Shown here: in pieces, positions 38,379 through 51,060 of the stretch
How positions within the stretch are numbered: the first letter of the stretch is position 1
Layout: each line of letters starts with the position of its first letter
Assembly (NCBI RefSeq): GCF_006345805.1
Contig: NC_043000.1
Span: 120,652,001-120,716,000, forward strand
Source of the DNA: Octopus sinensis
Taxonomy: Eukaryota
Length of the DNA stretch: 64,000 bases
Direction of reading: 5' to 3'
Program-made: the position numbers and the translations under genes
The notes under the pieces: generated by a model
The model's database searches: none
What the model saw: the letters and a program-made list of their open reading frames with translations, nothing else
What the model was told of the DNA's origin: nothing

Positions 38379-41300
38379 ATGGCTATTCACATTGGTTGTT
38401 TAAATGTTCATGGCCTGTTGTCAAGCTGGAAGCAAGGACGCTTTCTGAATGACATCAGGTCGAGAAATTTGGATGTAATTGTTGCAACGGAAACCCGGGT
38501 GAAGGGGCCAAGAGATCTGCTCCCCCTCCTGAACGGCTACGAGAAATACGTTTCTCCGAGTCGGGCGGGAGGTGGGGGTGGGGTGTTGGTCCTACTAAAA
38601 AGAAACCGGGTAGCCGAGAAAAAGTTGGTTTTTTCTGACCCAGAAGGCAGGCTGGTCGTTCTCGACTTGACATTCAGTTGTGGCAAGACAATCAGGCTGG
38701 TCGCTATTTATGCACCAAACATTATTGGCCCGCAAACTGAATATTTTCGTGGCCTAGGAAAGTTCCTAGCCACGTCGCATTCACTAGTAGTGTTAGGAGA
38801 CTCTAATACAATATGTGCAGCACACACAGATTGTGTTGGCTCAAACTCGAACATGAACAGAAAATGTAACACAGGCTTTCGGGATCTGCTAAGTCAATTT
38901 CAGCTAGCAGATCCATATAGGTTGGAGCACCCGAACACTCCACAGTGGACGTGGTCAAATAGTGACGGGTCTACCAGAACATATCTAGATAGGATTTTAA
39001 TTAGAGAAAAAGATAAGTCCATAGTTGAGTGTCCACAGTTTTTTCTAGTCAGCTACAGTGACCACAAGATGGTTACCTGTAAACTGACGGTAGATAAGTT
39101 GCATAGACAGGGATCTGGCTACTGGAAACTCAATACGTCCCTTTTGGCGATTGAGGAGTACAGAAAGCGGATCAAGATGTTAATACAGAGGGTTAACAGG
39201 TACCATCACTAATAACAAATGGTGGTACGCCCTAAAAAGAGCCATCAAATATGAGTCTATTAGGTTTAGCATAAGTTAGCTAAGAAGGGACGTAAAATAG
39301 GAGATGGTCTAGTTAAGGAACTAGAAGAAGCCTGGAGGACTGGTAATACAGACCAAGCGAGGGTGAAAAGACTGGAGTTAAACCAGCATCTTGAAGCCCA
39401 CCACATGGGAAGTATTACCAGAGCTAAGTTACGTGCAATGGGAAGTGAAGGAATCAAAGCCGCTGGATGGGCCCGAGTGGTGGAAGCTCGGCAAGGAAAT
39501 AGTTCCTCTATTCGGTCTTTGACGAATCAAAATGGTGTCTTGATAAACGAACCCGAAATTGTGTGAGGTCTTTCGGGAGTACTTCGCCCAGCTGTTCGGG
39601 GGTGACGGCGGTCCTGGTGGTGGGAGAGCCCTCGAGGACTTTCTTACCGGGCTGCCGTGCCTCTCGGGGTCGGATGCGGAGTCTTGCGAAGGGCCAATCA
39701 CACTTGAGGAGGTGATGGAGGCTTTGGCCGATTGTAAAGCGGGTAAGTCACCGGGACTTGATGGTCTTCCGTACGAGCTGTATAAATGTATGCCAGACTT
39801 GTTCGGGCAACTACTGACTGACGTGTACGCGAACTGGAAACAGAATGGGTTTATTCCCAGATCTGTGCGCCGGGGAGTTGTGACGTTGGTCAGAAAGGAC
39901 CCGGACAAGGGGGACGTTCTAGAGAATTTCAGGCCCATCACTCTGTTAACGCGCAGAAGTGAAGATTTTGGCCAAGGTTCTAGCAAAAAAGTTGGCGCGT
40001 GTCGCGAATGGTATAGTCGGGGAGGCACAGACATGTGCCATCCCAGGCAGAGCCATTCAGGATACCCTCCATCTTATTCGCTATACCATAGAGAGGTTTG
40101 GTAATAAATCTGGCAAAGGTGGGGCATTGGTGCATTTGGACCAGTCTAAAGCTTTTGATAGGGTTGACCATCGATACCTAGCGACTGTACTTGCGCGGTT
40201 TGGCCTGGGCCTTGGCTTCCTCGGGTGGTTTATCGCTTTGTACCACAACATTGACTCGATAGTTCGGGTGAACGGTTTCCTTTCGAAGCCGTTCTGCATC
40301 AGACGCTCGGTTCGTCAAGGATGTCCGCTTTCACCACTTTTGTATGTGATGGCTCTCGAGCCATTACTGCAAAGGTTGAGTGGCATCCCGAGAGAACCAG
40401 GACTAGAGGAGTTTGTTACGGCTTTCGCGGATGATATCACTATCAGTGTAACCACAGTGGTACGCCTACGTGAAGTAGGTAAGACTATTGAGGCTTACGA
40501 GGAGGTAGCAGGAGCAAAGATTAACCGGGAAAAGTCGGTCGGCTTGCAGCTCGGCACCTGGGTTGGCAAGTCGATGCCTTCAGACAGTGTTGTTAGGCGC
40601 TGGACGGAGGGACCGGTTAAGTTGCTGGGAGTCTGGTTTGGACCAGGCCTCCAGATAGAGAAGAACTGGACGGAGGTATTGAGCAGGGTGGCTGCAGTAG
40701 TCAAGACTTGGTCTTGGCGGTGGCTATCCCTGAAAGGGAGGCGGAAGTGGCCAATGTGTTTATCGCATCGGTCATTACCTACCGCCTGACTGTCGTGCCC
40801 TGTCCGGATTCGTGGTTGATCAGGTTGGAGAGACAGCTCTTTCGCTTTTTGTGGAAGGGCAGGTCGCCACTTGTGAAACGCTCTGTCTGCTGTCAAAAGC
40901 CTTTAAATGGAGGTTTAGGGATGCCTTGGTTAATGATGCGCAGACATGCGTTGAGGTTGAGGCACCTCTGGATTCTCCTGGATAGTGAACGGGTGTGGTC
41001 TCCGCTGGCCAGACAAATGTTCCCTGAGTTCAAGAGTTTTTGCGAACAGGAAGCCTGGTGTTCTCGTAGACCGAGGTCGAGTGAGTGGCATAAAGAGTGC
41101 CGTAAGGCCCTCTTGCTGTTCCGGCGCTCGGGCAACGCCAGCGGTGGGGGTTCCACACGGATTTTATATTAGTGGGTTGGTAGAGTCTGAATGCGACGAT
41201 GGCCTGGGGTCGACTCTAGGTCTCGGATTTATTCAACTGGACAGCTTGTTTCATCGTACATTCGGGTTGAGAACGTTGGACAACTTCCAAAAGTCCTTAA

Positions 41301-41776
41301 CCTGGCAATGCTACAGAGGTGCCTTGCCCGTTTGGGATAAGCTCGCAAGACATGGTAAACGTCAGTCGCCGACCTGTCCAAGATGCGGTGGGGACAGGGA
41401 AACCGTCCCTCACGCTATTGTTCAGTGTCCGGAGATAACTGAAATGTGGGCTTATGCTGAACATCTGTTGTCCGGCGAAGGAAGAGTACGGCTGTCGACT
41501 GAGTCAGTTATAAAAATTGACCCACCGGGAGTTCTAACGAACGAAGGTAAGAATTGTTTTCTCACGGTTGTAGCAATAGCAAAAGAGGCTGTATGGAATA
41601 CTAGGATAAAAGGAATTAAGACAGGCAACTTTATCTCTGGTGACAATTTACGATCCTTTTTTTCTTTTCATTTGAAAAGGAAACTGTGGCTGGAGAAGAG
41701 GTGTCTGTCAGAGTGTACGTTCCAAAAGAGATGGAAGTATGTTGCACGAGTGTTGTGCGTGCAAGGAACCGTGTGA
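38379..41776 (+). pseudogene. Tx1 ORF2 (APE endonuclease, reverse transcriptase, CCHC), several frameshifts
   Basis: CLNVHGL, VATET, LGDSN, YLDRIL, SDH, GYWKLN; KSPGLDG, NFRPITLL, QTCAIPGR, LDQSKAFDRVDH, VRQGCPLSPLLY, FADD; CPRCGGDRETVPHAIVQC. Confidence 0.92.
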
Positions 41777-42021
41777 ATAGACGAGGAAAAAAAAAAAGGA
41801 AAAATAAAAAGGTATCAGCGGTAGATCGGGGCTTGTGGGATCGGAGCGTAACTTGATCATCGCTTCATTTGTATTGTTTTTGTACTGTGTATTCCATTCG
41901 ATTTTTATGTATTGTATTTTATTTTTGATGTCACATTTATGTAAAATCATATCGATTCACTGATCCCATCAGTTGTACTGTCCATATCTATGTTTGGCCC
42001 CCGGTGGGCAATAAAGAAATT

Positions 42022-42388
42022 CGTATTTTGTCTGCCGTTACGTTCTGAGTTCAAATTCGGCCGAGGTCGACTTTGCCTTTCATCCTTTTGGGGTCGATAA
42101 ATTAAGTACCAGTTGCGCACTGCGGTCGATCTAATCGACTTAATTCGTTTGTCTGTCCTTGTTTGTCCTCTCTGTGTTTAGTCCCTTTCAGGTAGTAAAG
42201 AAATAGGTATTTCGTCTGCAGGTACGTTGTGAGTTCAAATTCCACCGAGGTCGACTTTGCCTTCCATCCTTTTGGGGTCGATAAATTAAGTACCAGTTGC
42301 GCACTGCGGTCGATCTAATCGACTTAATTCGTTTGTCTGGCCTTGTTTGTCCCCTCTATGTTTAGCTCTTGTGGGCAATAAGGAAACA
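42022..42388 (+). mobile_element. Remainder of the interrupted family A SINE plus a second tandem body and tail
   Basis: Two ~183-bp units, each starting at gtattt(c/t)gtctgc. The outer TSD aatactacactctaaa lies at 36592-36607 and 42389-42404. Confidence 0.88.
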
Positions 42389-42409
42389 AATACTACACTC
42401 TAAAGTGGC

Positions 42410-42730
42410 CCTCCGTTTGTTACAACGACGAGGAGGGTTCCGGTTTATCCGATCAACGGAACAGCCTGCATGTAAAATTAACGTGCAAATGGCTGAGTGT
42501 ACCACATACACGTATTACTTAGACATAGTTTCCACGGAGATTCGGCACGATACAAAGTGGGACAAGACCGTCAATTGAAATTCAGGTACAACTCATCTTT
42601 TTCTAGCTGTGTGGACTAGAGTAACGTGATATAATATATATTGTTAGAGAGCACAACGCACCGACTGGAATCGAACTCATGGCCTTACAATCGTAAGCCG
42701 AATATCCTAACCATTAACCAACTACGCGCT
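42410..42730 (-). mobile_element. Family C-related SINE (older)
   Basis: Reverse-complement similarity to the 43230-43615 tail and to a tRNA-like head. Confidence 0.7.
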
Positions 42731-43229
42731 AATAAATGAGAGAGCAACGCGCTGCCTTCTGGAGACAAATCTCTGCTTGAAGATGCGACCAATTATTATC
42801 AACTGACATTATCTTTTTAGCTGACGCTATTGAAACGCTTTTATCTGACACAGACAATTAGTCTCCTCCTTGAATCCTATTTTTAAAGGCCTCAACAAAA
42901 TTCTTTTTATCTTATCTTTATCTTCTACTTGTCTCCTTCATTTGACTGTGGCCATGCTGGGGCAACTCCTTGAAAAATGTTTATTCAAATAAATCAACCT
43001 CAGGACTTATTTTTAAAACATTTTAAAGCCTGGTATTTTTTTATTTGTCTCTTTTGCCGAGTCGGGGGCATAACTCAACAGCACCGGCTCTCAAATGGTG
43101 GGGGACAAACACAGACGCAACTCAAACACGCACAAAACACACACAAAAATTACCTTTTTGTGATGATATCTGAAAAGAAACAGCAATTTTAGCAATACAT
43201 ATTCCGCAGCACTAATAATAAATCAAAAG

Positions 43230-43615
43230 TGGAGGCGCAATGGCCCAGTGGTTAGGGCAGCGGACTCGCGGTCATAGGATCGCGGTTTCGATTCCCAGAC
43301 CGGGCGTTGTGAGTGTTTATTGAGCGAAAACACCTAAAAGCTCCACGAGGCTCCGGCAGGGGATGGTGGTGATCCCTGCTGTACTATTTCACCACAACTT
43401 TCTCTCACTCTTACTTCCTGTTTCTGTTGTACCTGTATTTCAAAGGGCCGGCCTTGTCACTCTCTGTGTCACGCTGAATATCCCCGAGATCTACGTTAAG
43501 GGTGCACGTGTCTGTGAAGTGATCAGCCACTTACACGTTAATTTCACGAGCTGGCTGTTCCGTTGATTCGGGTCAACCGGAACCCTCGTCGTCGTAACCG
43601 ACGGAGTGCTTCCAT
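43230..43615 (+). mobile_element. tRNA-derived SINE, family C, full length
   Basis: ggaggcgcaatggcccagtggttagggcagcgg A box, ggtttcgattccc B box and ccctcgtcgtcgtaaccgacggag tail. Confidence 0.85.
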
Positions 43616-44169
43616 CCAATAAATCAAAAACCATAAAAATAAAGAAGTTTTTGATGGCTTTATAGATATTTTAAAATTACTATGATGCTTTGTGTTTCCA
43701 TTATTTTGTCCAACCCTTGTATATACGATAGGTTCCTTTCAGTTTATACTCACAAAGCTTTGATCGGCCCGAGGGCAAAACAGAAGGCATTTGCCCAAAG
43801 CGGCACGCAGTGGTACTGAACTCGCAATCATGTAGTTTCTAAGCAATTTTCGCACCGCACAACCACGCCTGCGCCTGCTAATTTTCCATAGTTTTCACTG
43901 ACAACTGCTACGTGCAGTTCCTTTACATATACTAGGCTGGATACGGTATAGAAACCTAATCCTCATTTTGGTGGTTCATTTAGAGTATCAACTTTTCGAT
44001 TATGAATATCAAACCTATAAACTTGAGAAATCGGTTCTCAATATTTCTGGTCTCGAAGCAAGGGGGATAGAGTTGAAGAATTAGATGAAAATTTATGAAA
44101 ATCGTCGGTGATCAGTAAGGTAATAAAAATTTATTATATCCTATGTTTGTTCCTTCTCAAGCTATGCCT

Positions 44170-44430
44170 AGCTCATAGGGCCGGTTTCCCGGTTTCATTG
44201 GCGTATATGTTTCCCACCTGAACGGGACTGTCGGTCAGTCGCAGGTGAGCTGCAAGACGCAGGAGGAAAGAGTTAGAGAAAGTTGTGGCGAAAGAGTCAG
44301 CAGAAGTTCGCCATTACTTTCTGCCAGAGCCGCGTGGAGCTTAGTTGTTTCGCTCTTAAACACACACATCACCCGGTCTGAGATTCGAACTCGCGATCCC
44401 TCGACCACGAATTCCGCTGCTCTGACCCCT
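44170..44430 (-). mobile_element. SINE with a family C-type head and V-domain-like tail
   Basis: The head resembles 43230 and the tail resembles 34430-34530. Confidence 0.65.
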
Positions 44431-44640
44431 AGACTATGTGCCTCCACCGAAAGAATAATTAACAAGCTTGACAAAAGGAAGGGCAAATACTAGGGTCGAA
44501 TCATCCGACAACAAATTCTTCAAGGCGGTGCCCCAGCATATCCGCAGATAATGCCTGAAATAAAATATAAAAGATGCCCATTCTATACCCTCAATGAAAT
44601 GCCAACGGATATTTGACCCACACAATCCAATAATTGCTTA

Positions 44641-45035
44641 TCAGGAGTGGCTGTGTGGTAAGTATCTTGCTTACCAACCACATGGTTCCGGGTTCATTCC
44701 CACTGCGTGGCACCTTGTGGAATGGTCTTCTTCTATAGCCTCGGCCCGACCAAAGCCTTGTGAGTGGATTTGATAGACGGAAACTGAAAGAAGCCCGTCG
44801 TATATATGTATATGTATATATGTGTGTGTGTTTGTGTGTCTGTATTTGTCCCTCCAACATCGCTTGACGACCGATGCTGGTGTGTTTACGTTCCCGTAAC
44901 TTAGCGGTTCGGCAAAAGCGGCCGATAGAATAAGTACTAGACTTACAAAGATTAAGTCCTGGGGTCGATGTGCTCGATTAAAAGCGGTGCTCCAGCATAG
45001 CCACAGTCAAATGACTGAAACATGTAAGGGAGTAA
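44641..45035 (+). mobile_element. Family B SINE, full length
   Basis: Family match over ~390 bp. Confidence 0.88.
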
Positions 45036-45966
45036 ATTGTTATTCAATTTAAGATCAAAGCGGCGAACCAATAAAAGAGATGTAATTGAAGTTTTGCAAA
45101 TTAGCGGTCATTGAACTTATGCAAAATAGAAAGAAAATTTTGTCGCAAATTGTTCCATATCTTCTAATAAAAGAGAAATAATTCATAAAAAATTTAACCC
45201 CCAGAGCGACATACCACTTAAAATGGTAAAAACGCTTTCATTAGAGTGAAAAGAGTTTCATCAGTGAAAGCTGCAACGGGTGCTGTCTTCTTCTTATAAT
45301 CAGGACTCACGCCATTAGCCACAAAGAATAATCTCTAATTCGAGCGTACTATAAGCTAATAAAAATGCGTGTGGCAACTTGAAGATTCACCCACCACACG
45401 CGATAGACTGGAAGGTATAAGGGAGTATACACGTCTATACATGCACATAGACATGTATACTCCCTTAAACCTTTTTCTGTATTCTTACCCATAGCCCTAT
45501 TTTTTCTTGTGCTTATGGGTGTATAGACGTGTGTACGAACCTTTATGGTGCGCGTGTGTGTATGTGGGTTTGTATGCATATACATATACATTTGGCAAAT
45601 GGTGCGAGTGAGGATATGTACGTTTTCAAGTGAGGGTGGATGAATGTATAATTTTAGGCGCACGCACGTGGGTATGCGGGCGCGCATGTGTAGGTATTAA
45701 CATGCGCGCTTACGCGAATACTATGAACCATTTACACCCTTACTGTTACTCCCTCCCCTCACTTAGCGGTCATTCTAATAGCTCTTTTGTCTTAATAACG
45801 GTCAACCACACAGTAATTTCCCTTTGTATAACGGTCACTTTTCATAGCATTTTTCCGATGGCCGGATATCTGAAGAGATAGCGGCGTAGATTTCCACCTT
45901 GGCATCCGAAACTCGGAGTTTTATCATGGCTACCGAATAATTGTCACATATTACATTTGCAGATAT

Positions 45967-46032
<66 letters not shown>

Positions 46033-47626
46033 CTTTATATGTGTGTGTATTTATATGTGTGTGTAGGTGTATATATATACATATATATATTTTGTGTGTG
46101 TTTTTGTGTATGTTTGTAGTTAATATATATGTACATTTATATATATGCATGTATGTACACGTGTGTATGCATTTGAGTATATGGAGAGAGAGAGAGACAG
46201 GCAGACAGACAGATGAGGAAAGAGACATAAAGAGGGGAGATGGAGTAGATAACGATCATGCCTTGAAGTTGGACAATTTTTAGTTCATTTGAGTTTCTTA
46301 ATCCTTGAGCGTGCACAGCGTCTCAATAGATTATTGAGAATTAAGAAAACTTGAAGAGCGAAACTCTGATACACCACACATGATATACAGAATATTAAAC
46401 AAAAGTTCTCTCACAGGACATCAATGTAGCGAAGTGTCGAAATATTAACATTCATAGAGGAAATGAAACAGTGCTAAGGTTTGAGGTTAGTGAGATTTAT
46501 TTCATACACAAAATCTTAACACCTCAATTAACACTGATTTCTGAGCACTCCACAGTCATGCGTACCTTTAACGTGATTCGCTGGGAGATTTAGCGACACT
46601 TAGAAATTGTCAATGCTGGCTCTTTGACGGACTGGTACGGCTCATTTTTTGACAGCTGAGTGGAGTGGAGCAACGTGACATAAAGTGTCTTGTGCCGCCG
46701 GGAATAGAATTCACAGCCTTACGATCGTGGGCTGAGTATTCTAAACAGTAAGCTACCAACATTGGCGACATAAAAATAAGTATTGTTACGTTGCTGAAAA
46801 CAAGAAATGCGGAGACGCTTTGAGTAGAAGTATTCAAATATCTCGATCGGAATGAAAGAAACGAGAAGCTCTGCTTTTAAGTGTTATAAAAGCAATCTAG
46901 AATAGCAACTGTATATTAAGAATGGCTTTTCATGAGTGTGCTACTACACTAAAGCAGCGATATAAGAATGATAGATAAGTACAGTAAGTCGTTCTTATAT
47001 CGGTATCGAATTGGACCTCAAGTGGTCTAAGTTTCTATGTAATTACAACTTGAAAATACCCACCATTTAGTCAAACCTAAATCACCAGTACCGTAGCTAC
47101 AGGGGAGATAGACATTTGTGAGAATGGCTTTAAATTGCTAAGTGGGGAGGTTATATTGAATTCATACTATAACCTAAGTTAATAATTTGTATTCATCACG
47201 CAACAACAATGATTCTTTCACTACCTGTATACAATTAAGCATCAAGTTGTTTCTCAATTTTCAAATTGTTAATAAATAGCTTTAGACAATCACTTAACAA
47301 AACGGGGTTTGATTAATTCACCAGCAACAAAAACACGAAAAGAACAGAAAATTACTGTTTGTTTATTTAATAAAATAGCATTCAGTGATTAAATAATGAA
47401 TACATACATTTTCAGTATCTCATAAACTTTTAATTGTTTGCAGTCTTTTAAATTGCCTAATAATTATAAAAAAAATACTAAGTGCCTTCTGATTAATGTC
47501 GAAAAATAAAGACGTTATTGATCAATGTCAATTTGATAAGTTTTTAGTCATTTTCTCTGTTATGTGATTAAAATCTATTTATTTGTATTGATTGCCGCTC
47601 GAGCTTTTATGATAGTTATCTTCTAG

Positions 47627-47765
47627 CAGAAGTTGTGTTCGCCCTTTAGAAGTCTAAACGATTTGTTTTACATAAGAATGGATACATTATCAAAAGATTT
47701 AATCAATTTCTCTGCTATTAAACATATGTTCTTGCGTTTAATTATTAGCTGCAAAGAGAACTCAG
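47627..47765 (+). CDS. Candidate host exon
   Basis: ttatcttctag acceptor and cag|gttaga donor; 46 open codons QKLCSPFRSLNDLFYIRMDTLSKDLINFSAIKHMFLRLIISCKENS. Confidence 0.3.
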
Positions 47766-48193
47766 GTTAGATGAAGGAAATAGCGGATCGTTATGACTTA
47801 AAACAACGCTACCGTTAAACATTATTTCTGCTCTACGGGAATAAATAATAATGTCGCTTATGAAACATTGATGGTTTTGTTATCATGGAGATTTATTTTC
47901 AAACGTCACTTGATTTATGAACATTTCGATATATGTGTTGCAACGCCACTAATCATGTAATTTAGTTGTATCTCTGACGATAACTTAACAAATATCTATG
48001 ATTTGCATCGATATTAGGTGTAATGGAGCTTAGCATGTAAGTATTTCAGCTATATAACTATCACTTATCAACATTTTAATTTTTGATAAGATAATAACAC
48101 TTCCAGTTATTAACCTTATCTTTAGAGAATAGATTTCCGATATTTCTATCTATCTATACATCTATCCATCCATCTATCTATCCATCTATCACT

Positions 48194-48249
<56 letters not shown>

Positions 48250-48368
48250 ATACCTACCTATCTGTCTGCCTGATTGTCTGTCTGTCTTTCCATTCATCTA
48301 TCTATCTAGCTATCTATCCATCTATTTATCCATCCATCTATTTATCCATGTATCTATCCATCCATCCA

Positions 48369-48415
<47 letters not shown>

Positions 48416-49200
48416 GGGCAGAGCGACGAAACCGCTCTGCACGCAATCGTGCAGTGTCCAGCAATTTCCCACCTGTGGGCTTATGTCGAACGACTGCTGT
48501 CACGTGTGGGACGTGTCGGTTTATCAGCCGAGTCTATCGTTAATATCGTCACGCCTCCTTCCTTCAAACGGGAAGGAAGAGCTATTTTTATCATACTTGT
48601 GGCTATGGCGAAAGGATGTATCTGGTGGACGCGTCTGAAAGGATTAGAGACAAACACTTTCCTCTCTGGTCAATCTCTCATCAACTTCTTCAAGTATCAC
48701 TGAAGAAAAAAGTGAGAGTAGAGAGGCAAGTTTTGTCTAGTGAATGTTTTAAAAAAAGATGGGTGAATGTAGCAAGGATGGCACGTATGAATGACGAAGC
48801 CACCTTGACTATGATTCTATGAACCGTAAAAATTAATACAGAGAGTTGCTTATTTGCAAAAAAAAAAAAAAGAAATACAACATGTGACTTCATTGACCGA
48901 GGTTACCGTGGTCTTTTCCGTAGGCTTTTCTTTCCACGGGTAAACCTCACCTGTCCTCCCCTTTACACTTCATATTGACATTTCTGTGATAACGATCCCT
49001 ATTGATCAATTTTTTCCTCTCCCCCTTTTTTTGTCCTCTTTCTCTCCTTTTACGATCCCTTTTGATCGACACCCCTCCTTTTTTTTATTTTTTTTAAAAA
49101 TTTTAATTTTAATTTTTTTAATTTTTTTTACCTCCAAAAGAAAAGCTCTACCTTGTAATTTGTTCTATCTGTGTGCAGCCCTGTGTGGCTAATAAAGAAA
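48416..49200 (+). mobile_element. 5'-truncated 3' fragment of a second Tx1 subfamily, embedded in (TATC)n
   Basis: [26 protein letters not shown]...KKRWVNVARM aligns with the ORF2 C-terminus at ~41390-41776. It ends gccctgtgtggctaataaagaaa, with (TATC)n on both sides. Confidence 0.85.
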
Positions 49201-49202
49201 CA

Positions 49203-49254
<52 letters not shown>

Positions 49255-49279
49255 ATCAATCTATCCATCTATCTATCTT

Positions 49280-49328
<49 letters not shown>

Positions 49329-49769
49329 TAATCTATCTATCTTTCTTTCTTTCTTTCTCTCCCCACTAATCTATTGATCTATCTGAACTGCAGCTATCGG
49401 GCATTGCCGTTAAGTGGTTTAGTCAGAAAGTTCGATCTTGTTTTCTTATTCTCTCTTACTCTCTGTTCCTGATCCGCTAAGGTTACGGGGACATAAACAT
49501 ACCGATACCGGTCGTTGAGTAGGTGGTCTCGAACGCGCGTTACACACACACACACACACAGACACATATACGTGTACCCTCACAAATATACGTGTACCCA
49601 AACACAAATACACATATACACGAGAGGCTTCCATGCAGTTTCCGTCCAGTAAATTCACTCACGAGGTATTGGCAAACACAAAGCAATAGTAGAACACATT
49701 TGCCCAAGGAGCTGAACCCGAAACCACATACTTGGAAAGTGGGTTTCTTATCCAGAAACCCTGTAGTAT

Positions 49770-50033
49770 ACGTACATACATACACACATACATACACACA
49801 TACATACACACATACATACACACATACATACATACATACATACATACATACATACACACATACATACATACACACATACATACATACACACATACATACA
49901 TACACACATACATACATACACACATACATACATACATACACACATACACACATACATACACACATACACACATACATACATACATACATACATACATACA
50001 TACATACATACACACATACATACACACATACAT

Positions 50034-50072
<39 letters not shown>

Positions 50073-50215
50073 CATACATACATACATACATACACACATA
50101 CACACATACATACACACATACATACATACACACATACATACATACATACACACATACATACATACATACATACATACATACACACATACATACATACATA
50201 CATACACACACACAC
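49770..50215. repeat. (CATA)n/(CA)n microsatellite
   Basis: Seen directly. Confidence 0.95.
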
Positions 50216-50447
50216 ATATATATACATGTATGTATGTATATACACATGTATGCTTGTATATATATATACATGCATGTATATGTATAGATATATGTGTATA
50301 TATATACGTATATGTATGTATATATTTACATACATAATTATGTATATATATATGTGTGTATATATATTATGTATGTATATGTTTATATATATGTATATTT
50401 ATGCATATATATATATGTCTGTGTGTATGTATATATGTATGTATGTG

Positions 50448-50487
<40 letters not shown>

Positions 50488-50810
50488 CAAACATACACAC
50501 ATACACACATATATATATATACATACACACGGACAATGTAATTTTGCTCCATAACTCATAATCCTCATGTCTAGCTCTTCTAGAAACAACTACAAGAGAC
50601 TTTACCTATTTAATATTACTACGCTCAATTATAAATTATAAATGAAAGTTTCTAAAGTGACGCTATATGTTTTTCTAATATCTTCTCTACTTCTAATATA
50701 CATACATGCATACACCACGCCCCACACACAACCACACACACTCACATACGTGTGTGTTTATATGTAAATATGTATGTATACACGTATGTATGTGTGTATA
50801 AATTTATCTG

Positions 50811-50847
<37 letters not shown>

Positions 50848-50959
50848 TCTATGTTTCTATGTTTGCTAACGTGCGCGCTCACATACAAACAGCTCATTTG
50901 TGCAGCTCATGTTTTAGTCTGCTTAAAAAAAAATCGAAATTTATATAATATCAATACAG

Positions 50960-51060
50960 ATTGAATATGATGACAGTGAAACAAACAGAAGACGGACTTT
51001 GGGAATACATTGAGAAGGAAAATGTCATTTCTCTTTTGACGCTTGACAGAATAACCTCAG
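50960..51060 (+). CDS. Candidate host exon
   Basis: tcaatacag acceptor and cag|gtaggt donor; LNMMTVKQTEDGLWEYIEKENVISLLTLDRITS. Confidence 0.35.

Larger units (their letters stand above)
36673..42021 (+). mobile_element. Near full-length Tx1-clade (L1-like) LINE, ~5.35 kb, with 16-bp TSD
   Basis: ORF1 with a CCHC knuckle and ORF2 with APE, RT and C-terminal CCHC. TSD is cgtatttcgtctgccg (36657-36672) / cgtattttgtctgccg (42022-42037). Confidence 0.92.

Noticed and set aside
43230-43305. Functional tRNA genes at SINE heads (also 53192, 55478)
   Set aside because: A and B boxes are present, but acceptor and anticodon stems do not pair, and the sequences continue into SINE bodies or MITE arms.
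45225-45272. Minus-strand CTGATGA...GAAA hammerhead candidate
   Set aside because: No stem II pairing and no stem I partner after the UH position.
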